DNA from: Eledone cirrhosa | Taxonomy: Eukaryota | DNA: 64,000 nt | NCBI GenBank assembly: GCA_964016885.1 | Contig: OZ024743.1 | Location: 37,386,001 to 37,450,000 of the forward strand | Reading direction: 5' to 3' | Shown: positions 39,931 through 53,865 of the stretch, piece after piece | Layout: every line of letters begins with the position of its first letter | How positions within the stretch are numbered: position 1 is the stretch's first letter | Translations under genes and position numbers: made by a program | Notes under the pieces: generated by a model | The model's database searches: none | Told to the model about the DNA's origin: nothing | What the model saw: the letters and a program-made list of their open reading frames with translations, nothing else

Positions 39931-41084
39931 TTATTGTTGTTTTTTTTAAATTGTTATTATCATGAGTGGTTCCTTAATGTGAGCATTGCGTGGCTTAAGA
40001 ATGAAATTATTAATAATTGTCTCCACTCCAGGCACAAGGCCAGCAATCACCCAGTGCATTACAATCATATAATATACTTTTTGTTGTAGTTGGCTGTTAT
40101 TGTTGTTGGCTATGTCGGTGGTGGTGCCGGGGCTTTTTATATTGTTGGTGAGGAAGGGGTGAGCCAGCAGTCCCATAGTTGTTGCTGTTGACGTTTGGCC
40201 GTGGCCAGGTCACTAAGTCAATCTATTTATATCTTTTGCTAGCCTCTCCCTTGTCTAGTGATACCGCCACCTTCCCCTTTCTCTCTCAAGTTAACAGGGG
40301 AATAGTGGTGGTAGCATTGAAGGAGTGGTGGCGGCGGGGAGATGTGGGAGACAGTAGCGCCGGTATCGATACTGAGACAGTGGTGGTGGTGATGTCGATA
40401 CCGAGGCAGTGGTGGTGGTGATGTGATCGTATTACTGTAGTGATGGTGTTGTAGCGGTGGTAGCAATGAAGGAGTGGTGGCGGCGGTGATGGGATAGTGG
40501 TGGTAATGATGGCAGTAGTGAGTGGTGGTGGTGAAATTGCCGTTATCGGGCTGTTGTGTTTAGTGTACACAGAGAGGTGATGGGGTAGGTGTTGTATCTA
40601 GTTTCTGGTGTTGGTGAGATTGGTGTTGTTTGGCTGTTCTATATAGCGTAGACAGAGGAGGGGGGGGTTCTTCTTCCATTTATAGCCATTTTCTTTTTTG
40701 AATATACAATGTACAATACAAAGTTGGATATTTGAACATCATCATCACCATCATCACCATCATCACCACCACCACCACCTTCTTCTTCTTCTTCTTCTTC
40801 TTCTTCTTCTTCTTCTTCTTCTTCTTCTTCTTCTTCTTCTTCTTCTTCTTCTTCTTCTTCTTCTTCTTCTTCTTCTTCTCCATTCTTGTTGTGCAACATA
40901 TTTTGAACTTACATCAACCTATGTCTCTGAATCTTTAAAACCAAGCAAGATTTATTAATTTATAGATCGAAGAGAAATGTTTGATTATTACTGCAGCTAA
41001 CATTGGAAGTATTTAGGGATCACGATATGATGTGATGTCCTGTTAACATCATAATCAGCTGTGGTGGGGTGTATAGCATTGTGT

Positions 41085-41430
41085 ATGGTGGTGTATGGTT
41101 GTGACGTGTCAGGCATAAGGGAGATATGTTGTGGTGTATGTTGTGACGTGTCAAACCTAGGGGAGTTATGGTGTGGTGCATGTTGTGACGTGTCAGGCAT
41201 AAGGGAGATATGTTGTGGTGTATGTTGTGACGTGTCAAACATAGGGGATTTATGGTGTGGTGTATGGTTGTGACGTATCAAACATAGGAGAGTTATGTTG
41301 TGGTGTATGTTGTGACGTGTCAAACATAGGGGAGTTATGGTGTGGTGTATGGTTGTGACGTGTCAAACATAGGGGAGTTATGGTGTGGTGTATGGTTGTG
41401 ACGTGTCAGACATAGGAGGGTTATGGTGTA
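41085..41430. repeat. 42-43-bp minisatellite, about 8 copies
   Basis: Unit approximately gtggtgtatg(g)ttgtgacgtgtcaaacataggggagttatggt. Confidence 0.9.
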
Positions 41431-42009
41431 GTGTATACCATTGTGTAGTCGTGCATGGTAGAGCGTTGTGGTGTGATACAGTGTATAGTTATACCATTGT
41501 GTGGTGCTGCATGGTAGAGCGTGGTGGTGCGGTACGGTGTATGGTAAAGTGATAATATATATGATACTGAGATGTGGTCTGGTATATGGTGATATGGTGC
41601 AGTGCTTGTTGAGTTGTGAAGTGGGGAATTTTGTTGTTTGATATAATAATGTTATGAAGAAATAATTTCAACAGTCTTTGCAGTTATATTGCCCAAGTTC
41701 ATTATTCACGAGAAAACGGCGTAGTAGTAGAGTATTTGAAATATAACTTCCTACTGATATGTATGTAAATGTATGTATGTATGTATGTATGTATGTATGT
41801 ATGTATGTATGTATGTATGTATGTATGTATGTATGTATATGTGTGTATGTATGTATGTATATATGTATGTATGTATGTGAATGTGTGTGTCAGCGTCTGT
41901 GTGAGTTTGTGTAAGCGATTTAAGTTCCACGCTATTTATTCTATTGCTCGTCGCAAGAGGCCTCAATAAAACTTGAGGAAATAATATGGCAATTTAACAA
42001 CAGAAAATC

Positions 42010-42071
<62 letters not shown>

Positions 42072-42149
42072 ATATGTACATATATAAATTTATATATATA
42101 TATATATATATATATAGTAGAACACTGGTGCGTTATACCTACTACTTCC

Positions 42150-42195
<46 letters not shown>

Positions 42196-42222
42196 TCATA
42201 TATATATTTACATATATATATG

Positions 42223-42303
<81 letters not shown>

Positions 42304-42326
42304 TTATATATATGTATATATATATA

Positions 42327-42410
<84 letters not shown>

Positions 42411-45400
42411 TAATATATATATATAAGTGTATGAGAGTGCTGTATGTGTATGTATACGTATATAAAACAAAAGAAATATCGTCATTTCTTCTTGTATGCA
42501 GCAACTACTTAACTTGTTATTTCTCACCACAGAATAGAAAAAGAAAAGGGAATTTCTTCAAGCAGAATTTCTTTTACGATTTAATGACCAGCTTTAACAA
42601 TATCACTTTAACCGGTATATATCTGTCGATGATATGTGTGAGATAAAATAAAATATTGTCTGTTTTTGCATTTTCGTTTGTATAGCTACGACCGTCGAAT
42701 AATTTCTTCTGAAACTCAACAATGTGCAAAATTTCAAATTCAACGAGCAGCAATAAAATGGTTTTATATATATCACAGCTGGAACTAATTGCTTCAGACT
42801 TTCAAATAATTTGACGGCGATGCAGTGTCTCCAAAGATGTATTACTTTGCTTTGCATTACTCTCTCAGATATTTTTCATAGCTAAGGTTATACTTCACGT
42901 GATGTTTTAATTTTAATGTTTTAGCATAAACGTCATAGAATTAATTTAGTGAGTAACTGTTTTTAATATGGTATCTGATGTTTGTTTAAAACATAAACAA
43001 TGAAATCAGTATCTCCACAAAGTTTCAGCTCGAAAACAATTTATTGATTTAATCAATTTAATCTACTTGTGTGGATTATCGGGTATCAGATAGTGCCGAG
43101 CCAATATCTTGAAAAAAGTCAGTATATACATATCCTAGGCATATAGGTATAATTCCTTTCAATGCTCTATAGATTGTTGTTTTGGAGAGACAAGCTCTTC
43201 TTCAAGTGGGCTTTCTGCAGTTACGTTTGGATTGTAACTGTGGGGTATGGCTAGGGTCGTGTTTCGATCACAGTGTGTAATTTGCGAAGCAATTTTATGC
43301 AGACCTTTTTATAGCTGACATTTATATTTAAAATTGTTTGCCGTGTGTATTTTTGTGTTGGTGGGACATTTTGACTTAATAGAAACTGAAAGCTCCTGCC
43401 TATATAAGTATCTATATTCATGTGGAAAGGTTGATTAAACCAGGCTACTTTCGTTTTTCTTATTTAGTTGGGGTGATGAAGGAGTTGCACTTTTTATACT
43501 AACTTCGTAATAAAGCTACCAAAGTATAAATGGTAGAGTGCCTCCTGTCGTCACTTGAGCTATAAATATTTGCTTAATCTTCCTCAAATGCAGTAATCTA
43601 CCGAGCTACTGAAGCCAGTTTACACAGACATTCTCATAAATGTTTGTATCCTTCTAATAACGTACAAAGGGTACAAAGTTGAAGGTCATTAGTGGCTTAG
43701 TTTAAGCGACTTTGCATCAGTGCTAATAAGCCTTTCTGGTTTAACACTATCCCAAAAAACAAAGAGACATTTATTTCAAAGAAGGAAACGCTTTAGAAAT
43801 TATAGTTATTTCCACCTTCCTTCTCTTGACTCTTCACCTCTGATAGAATTCTAAGGAGTGCCGTCAGGAAATACAATGTTCTTTAGGTACTTTAAATGTA
43901 GCGGATTCCATATCTATTTAAGTTTGATCACAAACAATTTTTTCCATCTGTTTTGCCTTCCCAATTTACCTCGTAAGATGTGGATCAACGAGAGGTTGTG
44001 TTTAAAAAAACTTGCCTAAGATAGCATGGTATGGAACCGAACCCAGAACGTCACGATTTGAAAACAAACTTCTTAACTCTTCGAGCATTATGTGTCCATC
44101 TCCAATGCTTTCAACTTAAAGCATACACCAAAATTAAGAGTTTGGTAATCTACAATAAAAAAATTGTCACGATACTTTTAAATATCTCTGCTAACATTTA
44201 TAACCCCCACTCCTTTTTTAAAAAGCAATCTCGCCTATACTACAAATAATATAGAATACAAATGTATATACATTCCGAATATATTAGATAAAAATAGAAG
44301 CGTATATACAATTCCAATATAGTAGTTAAAATAATATAAAATGATATATGCAATGGAAAAATAAGAGTTAAAAATGTACAGAAAGAAACTATAAGACATT
44401 CGATAAAAATGGCACGCACGAATATAAAGAAGAAAATTCCGCAGAGCTATTAACACCGTGACGTTGAATATTCTATACCATTTATCACTTGTTTCTCAGA
44501 CAATTCTTTGATTTATTCCACACATGCAAACATAAATGCCATATAAGGATCATCATTGGGAAAGACATCTCATGTTTTCGCACATACCTGCCTCTTTATT
44601 GCTGAATATCTGAATACTTAGATACAAGTAGTTGCTATTTATGTATCACGTTTTAATATGTCATTCACTATGAAATGTATATTCCACATACTTATATAAA
44701 CAAAAACACATATATACACCATTCAATTATATAAATGAACATATATACACATATGTATATATATTCGTGATAATATATTTATCCTACACAATTATATAAA
44801 CACATGATGTATTCACACGCATGTATATCTACACATCATTCGCTATAAAATACTCCACTCACTTGTATATTACCATTCATTCTCACCCATTATCTACCCC
44901 TTGAAATTGTTTTTATGTACCACTCTCCTCCATGTAACCCCAATAATCTAATCAATCTCATCTTTCCATCTCATCCTTTGTTCTCCTCGATTACGTGAAC
45001 CTATCTCCATTGCTCTCCATTTTGTACAAAGCTTTGTCCATCAGTCGTCATTTGTTTGTGCAACATGCCCTAATACCTCTTTTCCTTTCGCAATGACTCG
45101 CAACTTTTTTCTTTTGTATAAATATGCATATTTCCTAATTCGTTTTCTCATTCTATGTTTCTGTCCTTATTTTTAGTCGTTAATATTGTCTCTGCTCTAT
45201 AAGCCATTGCTGATAATATACACTAGTCAAGTACTCTATAGTAGCATCTTACTTCTCATGGTCTCATTCAATTTACAAAAAGCCTGCACATATATAGATA
45301 CACAATTAAATTTTATAATACATCACTAAATTATGTTAAAAAAGCATTCTCGCATATACAATGCACACTTATTGAAACATAAATATATACATCACACATT

Positions 45401-45551
45401 TATATAAACACACATATACACTACACGCCTAAATATATACATATACACGCACAAAACATATATAAAAAGATAAACATACACACATATATAAAAATACAAA
45501 CACACACGCACAAATACCTTCCCACACACACACATACATTTCTCTCTCTCT

Positions 45552-45745
45552 CTTTGAACGGTTGGGGCCTAACCAAGATATGCCATGTTATTGAGTGTTC
45601 AATGCTGGTTAATTTAAGGTTTTCCTTCCGAGACCCTTACAACAGATGCTCGACATCTCTAGCTAGGCTCATTAAAACCTTAAATTAACCAACATTGAAC
45701 ACTCAATAACATGGCATATCTTGGTTAGGCCCCAACCGTTCAAAG
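45552..45745. repeat. Inverted repeat with 72-bp arms and 50-bp spacer
   Basis: Arms 45552-45623 and 45674-45745 with 1 mismatch seen; abuts (TC)n. Confidence 0.85.
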
Positions 45746-46514
45746 GACGAAGAAAATCTTGTGACCTATGTCTTACCGAAGCATATTACATAACTCTATC
45801 ACGACCTCTACCGATTAACGATAGAACGGAGGTAACTATTAGCTGTCAACATCGAAGGGCTAATTCCTTCGCCAACAGAATATTTGACCCAACTTAGTCA
45901 TCTAGCCCCATTTTTACTTGTAGCTAATAAGTTAAATAGCTATAACTAACTTAGATAATTATAAGTTACCTCCCTTACATTGTCTCTCAATTAAAAAATT
46001 AAAAAATTAGCACTTAACTATAAACTATCCAAAATCTCTCGAGGAGTTACTTCCCCTGAAACCACCCTCTAATTAGTAAGGTAAATATGTCCATTGGCGG
46101 CCATGTTGTTACCCATAGGCAGATCTCACACAATGCAGCCTCGACAGAAGAATACTGCTCGACTATGGCAGACAATTGATATACCCAGGACACCATAGTG
46201 AAATACCAATATATGGAAAATTAGATTTATGTAACATTCTTTCCTTATTTTAATTTATATTCCTTTTGAAGTTCCGATCAGCTGCTCTTTCTTTACCTAT
46301 GTTAATTATTTTCAACTGAACCAGATCAATAATGATATATAATCATTTGATCCAGAAATATTATATGGAGTAGCCAAACAATTATAAATGGACATTATTA
46401 TTATTAATATTATTATTAATATTCTCTACATTACTTACATCAATCTAAAATATGTTGACAATCTTTTAATAATGTCTTCCTTGTGAAATTTGTGGTCTTG
46501 TTTTGCTTAACTAA

Positions 46515-46594
<80 letters not shown>

Positions 46595-47029
46595 GAGCAA
46601 AATGTTCAAGACTCCGACGGCAGAGCTCAAGCCGTAATGACGGCTATTTCTGGATTAAATAATAATTTTTAACGTGGTAATATATAGCCGAATTTTTCAA
46701 GGGGTAATTCCTTAAATGGGAAGATTGTAGTTGTCAAAAGGATTGGTCAACATTTCTTGAACATTTTCCTATTACCCACTCTTCTAACCTAAGTACCGAG
46801 TACTCTGGTGCGCTATGGTCCATCTGGTTCCTTACCACACTCCCTTCGTTATATATATATATACTTGGTTTTTTATATGGATCCCCGTAAAGTATAACAA
46901 TATATATACATATATACATATATATTGATACTGTGTTCTCGAACAGTGTAAATCATTTGACGTCCGCTGTGTTGAATTGGTTGTCACACAGTAGTTAGTC
47001 TGTAGACAAATAGAACCTATCTTCTATAA

Positions 47030-47220
47030 ATAATTGTTTTTACTCTTGGCACAAGGCCAGCAATTATCACAGTACATTGCTGGTTCTTTATTTTATCGAT
47101 CCCGTAAGGATGAAAGGCAAAGTGAACCTCGGCGGGATTTGAACTCAGACCATAAAGGGGCGTAACTCTATGCTGTAGAGCATGGCGTCCGACCTTCTAC
47201 CGATACTGCCAATCCCCCGC
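47030..47220 (-). mobile_element. SINE A
   Basis: Homology to family A. Confidence 0.85.
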
Positions 47221-47599
47221 TGTATTATCTAATGAGGTAGCCTCTAGCATTTTCCTCAACAGTTCGATATGTATGGATCTACTCATGAAGAGCTTTAGGT
47301 TAATGTGTAGAATTCACTGTTTTCATTCCTATCTTCTTGAGTAGTCATAGTCAATATCTTGCGGCCTGAAATATTTGATGTCTTTCTAAACACCAGAGAA
47401 ACTCACAAATCATGGACACAATGGGACATTTACCAATGTTATGAATACTGTTAACAGTGCTCATTCAGACATCAACAACTTGATGTCCTGATCAACGTCA
47501 TTTTGTCAACTGTGTTCAACCCCCCCCCCCCCCCCCCCACTCCCCCAAACCGCACTCTCAGTACGATACACTCTAAACACTCTAGAGAATCTCTACATT

Positions 47600-48450
47600 A
47601 CTCCGTAAAATGAGATGTTTGCCAGACATTGTTTAGCAAATAAAAAACAACAGCATTTTGAAAGTCTTGAAACATTTCTAAACATTTTGAAGTTTTTTTC
47701 CAAAGATCGCATGACCAAAATGTTACCTCAGTTGTGTATCAGCATAAGATGGTGAGGGATGCATTCATCAATGGACTGAAGTCTAATTTAATACACCAAA
47801 GCCTGCTATTAAATGCCTGCTATTAAGTTTCATATGCTACCCCACTTCCACCAATAATTGTTTCTACTTTAGGCACAAGGCCAGCAATTATCCAGTGCAT
47901 TACTGGTACTTTATTTTATCGACCCCGTAAGGATGAAAGGCAAAGTCAACCTCGGCGGGATTTGAACTCAGATCGTAAAGGGACGTAACTATGCTGGAAA
48001 GCATGGCGTCCGACCCTTCCACCAATAATGTTCCACAATAATGTTGCTAATGAAGAAAGCAAAGGAAAGTGTTTCTTCTATGAAGATAGTCGACACAACA
48101 GTTTACAGTGTCCAGTCCGATATTCTGTCTGTAATAGTTGTGGGAAGTTTGGGCATATTACTAAGGTTTTGCGATGTAAATAAAAAAGGAGTGAATCTTC
48201 AATTAATACTTCTGTGTACCCTTATTTGACCGCTTACTCTGGAAGTCTTCGGAAAACTGTTGACAAAGTTCACATAAATGATACATCTGTAGATGCCTTG
48301 ATTCATACTGGTAGCTCTGAAAGTTTCATATGCAAGCGGCTTGCAAATCAGCTACTACTTCACATCTCTCCGACGTTCTCGAGTGTTCTTATGACTGAAT
48401 CCTCTCTTAGAGTCAATGTGCTGGTATGAGTTACTGTTCAGTTGACCATC
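47600..48450 (+). pseudogene. Ty3/Gypsy-like gag-protease remnant interrupted by a SINE
   Basis: VRDAFINGLKS (gag), CNSCGKFGH (knuckle) and VDALIHTGSSESFI (decayed DTG protease). Confidence 0.7.
47859..48015 (-). mobile_element. 5'-truncated SINE A with 14-bp TSD
   Basis: cttccaccaataat at 47845-47858 and 48016-48029. Confidence 0.85.
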
Positions 48451-48689
48451 CAAAACTGCGTTCATAATTAATTAATTTTCTCAACCTTGGTAGAATGTGG
48501 TATTCTCTCTTCAATTGATGATGATGCCTTTGGTAATGTAAATTAAGAAAACAAAAGTAAAGGAGAGGAATAATTATATCAGAGAAAAGAAAGTATGTTT
48601 CCGTTTATCATTAATTGTGTGTGTGTGTGTGACAGCTCACACCTATGCAGGTTTAGCTGGCCTCCTCCAAGGTATATATATCATTGGAG

Positions 48690-48875
48690 GTGTCTTGGGT
48701 TATTTAATGTTAGGGAACCCAGTCCTATCATGTCATTTCTACAGCTGAGTAAACTGGAGCAACGTGAAATAAAGTGTCTTGCTCAAGGAAACAACACAAC
48801 ATCCGGTCCGAGAATTGAACTCACAACCTTTCGATTGCAAGCCCAATACTCTAACCACTAAGCCATGCGCTTTCA
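48690..48875 (-). mobile_element. Second tRNA-derived SINE family
   Basis: Minus strand has A-box tggcttagtggttag, B-box gagttcaattc and a ccttgagcaagacact body. Other SINE-like heads occur near 23320-23460 and 51180-51320. Confidence 0.65.
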
Positions 48876-48889
48876 CTTATCATTAATTA

Positions 48890-49082
48890 TTAATAATTGT
48901 TTCTACTTTTGGAAAAAGGCCACCAAATACCCAGTGCATTACTGGTACTTTATTTTATCGATCCCGTAAGGATGAAAGGCAAAGTTAACCTCGGCGGGAT
49001 TTGAACTCGGAATGGCAAGGTCCGTAACTCTATGCTGCAAAGCATGGCTTCCGACCCTCTACTCATACTGCCAATCCACCAC
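48890..49082 (-). mobile_element. SINE A
   Basis: Homology to family A. Confidence 0.85.
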
Positions 49083-49094
49083 CTGGATCACTAA

Positions 49095-50810
49095 TTACTA
49101 AAAACATATATCAGTGGTAACTGCTGGTAAAAAAAAGCTCATCGGACAACACGGACTAGGAAACGAACCCACGCCCTTATGATAAAACTTCAAGTAACAC
49201 TTGACTAAAGCAAATACGTATTTGAAACGAAATAATGGTATTTTACTAATGTAATGGTACGCGATGGCGCCCACCCACAGCCCCGGCGGACAGAATGGAG
49301 AAGGCGTTTCCCCGGAGGATGGCAAGGGAGACGCGCTGGAAAAGCCACTCCAACTCGCGGGGCTCACACCTAAGGCTGGCCAGCTCAGCGCCTATGGTGG
49401 TGAGTAAGGAGGTAGCCCTGGGGCTGAGGACACCAGAAGTTTCCACTGCCAGGGGAACGACCGCAATCCTGTCGGAGAGCGACCGGTATTTGAGGAGTTT
49501 GGCCCCCTCAGCCCGACGTGCAATAGAACCTGGGTCAGTCGTAGACTGCACCAGGTTGCGGCTGCAGAAAGTGTCGGTGCAAGTGGCATCCCAGACGAGG
49601 GGTTTGCCACCGCGGAACGGGAAGATCGTCACGCCATCTGGCCTTTTGTCGTCCCCTCGATCCAGCCCCACCGGCTCGAGCTGGGAAGGGAAACCTGGAG
49701 CGTCCAAGCTATGCTTAATGACCTCGTTGAGGGCAGTATGGTGTGGAATGCGGCCGGCATTGTGGCGACAGGAAAGCGGGTGGAAGCCGAAAGTGTCCAC
49801 AGTGGAACCGCAGCGACATTGGTGTGGCTGGCAGATCCGGAGGCTGAGCCTCAGGGAAACGCCGATTCGCAGGCTATGGTTGTCTAGCTGCGTGCCAGTG
49901 GAGAAGGAGGGCAGAGCATGGAGCCAAGCACGACTGTGGGGTTTGGAGGCCGCACGAAAATAAGCAAAGTGGTACTGGTCGAGCTGGCGCGTGAGCCTGT
50001 CTGAGGCCAGGCTGCACTGGATGGCATCCCAAATGCGTTGGGGGGACTTGACGTCAACAGGGCGAGAAGGAGGAGAGACGTCTACTGGGCTAAGTCCCAG
50101 CCGGTCCCACGTCTCACAAGCGGCCTCACGTTCTCTGAACACAGAGGGTTCTGTTGTGTTTTGAAGAACCTTGCTGACGAAGACGCGGCACGAGGTTACC
50201 GACGAAAGATACGCCGGCAAAGCTAGTGAGATCGGGGACTGGAGGCCTAGGCCGCCATACCTGACAGGTAAAGTGGCCTGTTGCCACCCTATGTCGTCAA
50301 ATTTGACGTTGCATATCCCCTCAGCTGCTGCTCGGATACAAGTATCGAGGTCAGCAGGGAGAGATGTCTGGGTGTAGCATGGAGCGCTGCGGAGTGTATA
50401 GAGGAGCTTCGGCATGGCGAAGCAGTTCCTCAGCAGAAAGAGAGCTGGGTGGCCGTCAATCAAGCCCAGTCGGCTCGTGAGTCTGGAGCTGTTGAAGCCT
50501 GGACCTGATGGTGGAGTGGATGGCCGGCGGGTGGATCGGTGACCCGAGGATGAGGACATCCTCTTTGGGGGTCACCTGAACCTGGCGGAGAATGGACCGC
50601 ACGTCCAAGACGGAGGCTGCAAAGCTCACATCATCGATGCTGACATTCATCACCTCCGACTTGGCCGAGTTGACCTGGGCAGGAATCACCGATTGAAGGT
50701 CTTGGCCAACCGTCCGTACGGGCCCGCTCAACGTAGCATCATCCAGATACCAAACGTTTTGACGGGCCGTGATACTCTGGGCGATGTGGTCTTCAACAGC
50801 CCTACACACT
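49095..50810 (-). mobile_element. 5'-truncated CRE-like non-LTR retrotransposon (RT C-terminal half plus REL endonuclease)
   Basis: WYLDD, LGSPI, LPVRYGGLG, CRCG..HPLSC..H, KRPDG..LVWDATCTDT, PLAVETSG and QRVSLAILRGNA; frameshift near 50500. Confidence 0.85.
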
Positions 50811-51623
50811 CGTCCATGAGATTTCCCATGTATAGATAATGTAATCCTCTAAAGATTAGATGGTTAATCTGTGTTATATGACTGCTCTATCTAAGGCGAA
50901 CTGGAGCTAAAGAACTATAAAAACAACGACAACCACAATGTCAATTTAATCTTAAAATGAAGAAACGATGAGGGGCTTCGGTCAGTTTCAACGATGAATA
51001 TTCCAGGTGTCCAATGGACAGAACAGCCTGCTCATGAAATTAACACATAAGTGACTGAGTATTACTAGGATACGTGTACCATAGCTTAATCACCGGGGAG
51101 ATTCAGCATGATAAAGTGCGTGAGGAGACTGACCCTTTGAATTACAGGCATCCGAAAGAGTTCCAAATAGTTTCAATCATACAATTTCACTTACACGGTA
51201 TTGGTCGACTTGAGGATATGGAAAATGACACTCGCCTAAGATGACACGCTGTGGGATCGAACTAGAGATCTAATGAGCGGGAAACGAACTTCATAAACAT
51301 TCTGTGATGCTGCAACCACTAAAATGATACTTAACAGAGAGATACTACATTGGAAGTATGTAAAAATGCAGCATACAATCAAGAAATGATTGTTTACATA
51401 TAATGGCACGCAGTCGTCAAAAATATTGAGGTGTAAGGTAATTAAATATAAACAATGTGTGAAATACAATATTTATTGACAGATAAATGAGAAAAAAGAT
51501 AATTTTGTAATAAGATGGGAAGTTAAGCAGCTGAGGAAATGTAGATCTGTTCAAAGGAAGATAGATAACTATAGCTTGATTGTAGGTTTGACGAATAAGA
51601 GATAGATAGAGAGGGGGTGGAGT

Positions 51624-51703
<80 letters not shown>

Positions 51704-53391
51704 GTGACAGGGACAGAGACAGAGAGGAAGGGGGATATAATGAGGTCTATGATGAAAGTTGTGATTGATATAAAATGGTGGCCGTTATCATTTAAATCAA
51801 ACGGACCATGGGGAAAATATTAGTTTAACTTATGATAAGGAAAAATAATAGAAAACTGTAAGTTAATATATATATATATATATATATATAAATCTAAAGG
51901 GAAAAAGCTGTATGTAATGCAAGCTGCATCAAACCATAAACATGATTGTTATTAAAATAAATATCTATTGGTAGGTTAAGAAATAAGAAAAAGGAAAAAA
52001 TCTCAGTTAAAAAACAACAGATGTTTGCTCTATGTAGTCATGTTAGATATCATACGAGGAGAAGACCAAAACAGATTATTTTTACAAAAGCTGATTTTAA
52101 TGATTAATATCCTTGTGAGTGCTATTCCTTTCTATACCTTTACATACTGAATTGAATTTCCGCCATTATCAGCTTTGCTATTCATTCTTCCGTGGTCGAT
52201 AAAACAAATACTAGTTGATTACTTGAGGTTGATCAAATTGAAATATCGATGCTCTCAATATATTTGAGGACTTGTGCCTATGTTAGAAATCGAATCTTTG
52301 AAAAAAAAAAATATATATAGGAAAGTGATTATAAGTTTTTCATTCGAGAAATATCAGCTGTGTAAGTAATAAAAACATTATTGGCATTTTAAATATTTCA
52401 ATATTTTTGGACTGTTTTATCATTGAAAACAGAAGCAACAACAACAATCAAAACAGAAGAAAGATTTTGTTATTGCAATTGAATATATTGCGTAATTTTA
52501 CATCCGTCTGAAGTATTAAACCATTTGATTCACTCAAAAGTAAATCTAAATATAAATAAAAACCAAATAAAAAATGGCGAGACTTATGGTTGTAAGTAGG
52601 ATAGACTTTTATTTTTCTTATTGTCAGCGTGACAGAACTTGTTTTCGTTTCGTTAACATTTTGCCACGTTCGGTTGCACTCCGTTACATCTCGCAACATA
52701 TCACCACATCTCGTTTCACGCCACTACATCTCGCAACATTTCGTTTCATTAGGATTCATTTTGCTGTATTTTACTACATACGTTACATATATTTTTCTCT
52801 TTACTGTACTCTGTAATACTGTGTAATATAGTGTTAAAGTAAGAAATAAAATAAAATAATTCAATATATAAATAAATGAAAGAAAAAAATATGAATTAAA
52901 TATAAAGATAAAATAAGATAAAACAAGAGCCATGTGAATGAGTAGTAAATGGTTCTGAGGCTATTTTTTCGTATTGTGGCTAAGGACACTTGACTGAATA
53001 GTTCAGTACGATATTATGTCTAATGATGTGTGTCAGAGAGATTTATAAGACCATTGGAGCGTTAATATACACACACATATACACATAAATACATACAGGT
53101 AGATATACACACATACTTAAATATATAATCACTGACATAAACAGTTAGATACATATAGACATATACACACAGACATATAATTACATGCCTACATAGATAC
53201 ACATAGGCATACACACAAATGCACTCTCTCTGTATATACTCACATATATACACTCTATATATATACTCACATATACACACTCACATATATATATCAGTAT
53301 TGACATAATTATTTTAGTGTGTTATGATTCTTTCTGTCACTGTGTTCTACAAGAAAAAACTGAATATGTTATAGATACATTATTATATACT

Positions 53392-53705
53392 CGGTGGATT
53401 GGCAGTATCGGTAGAGGGTCGGACACCATGCTTTCCAGCATAGTTACGTCCCTTTACGATCTAAGTTCAAATCCCGCCGAGGTTGACTTTGCCTTTCATC
53501 CTTACGGGGTCGATAAAATAAAGTACCAGTAATGCACTGGGTATTTTCTGGCCTTGTGCCTAAAGTAGAAACAATTATTATACACTGAACTTCAAATCCC
53601 GCCGAGGCTAACTTTGCCTTTCAACCTTACGGGGTCGATAAAATAAAGTACCAGTAATACTCTCGGTAATTGCTGGCCTTGTGCCAAAAGTAGAAACAAT
53701 TATTA
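53392..53705 (+). mobile_element. SINE A plus tandem partial copy
   Basis: Full copy 53392-53580 and 3' part 53590-53705; both are followed by tatacactgaact. Confidence 0.85.
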
Positions 53706-53769
53706 TACACTGAACTTTCTATATAAACACGGTACATGTTTATATATCCTTAGTCTCTGTGAAAATAAG

Positions 53770-53865
53770 GACGGAGCTGCTGTCAACAAGGTCTGCCCGA
53801 GATGTACGTTAAGTGATGAAACCGTCTTGCGTGCACATCTTCAGTATCTGAGTAGTGCTGACAAA
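53770..53865 (+). pseudogene. Old Tx1 ORF2 C-terminal fragment
   Basis: GAAVNKVCPRCTLSDETVLRAHLQ resembles GGAVSRACPRCAQGDETVLHAFVQ of the 35.2 kb copy. Confidence 0.65.

Noticed and set aside
41085-41430. Regular ~43-bp periodic array resembling CRISPR
   Set aside because: Whole units repeat with no unique spacers, no cas genes, eukaryotic context.
42480-45300. Long unique AT-rich region as a possible host gene segment
   Set aside because: No long ORF, recognisable domain or convincing splice-bounded exon seen.
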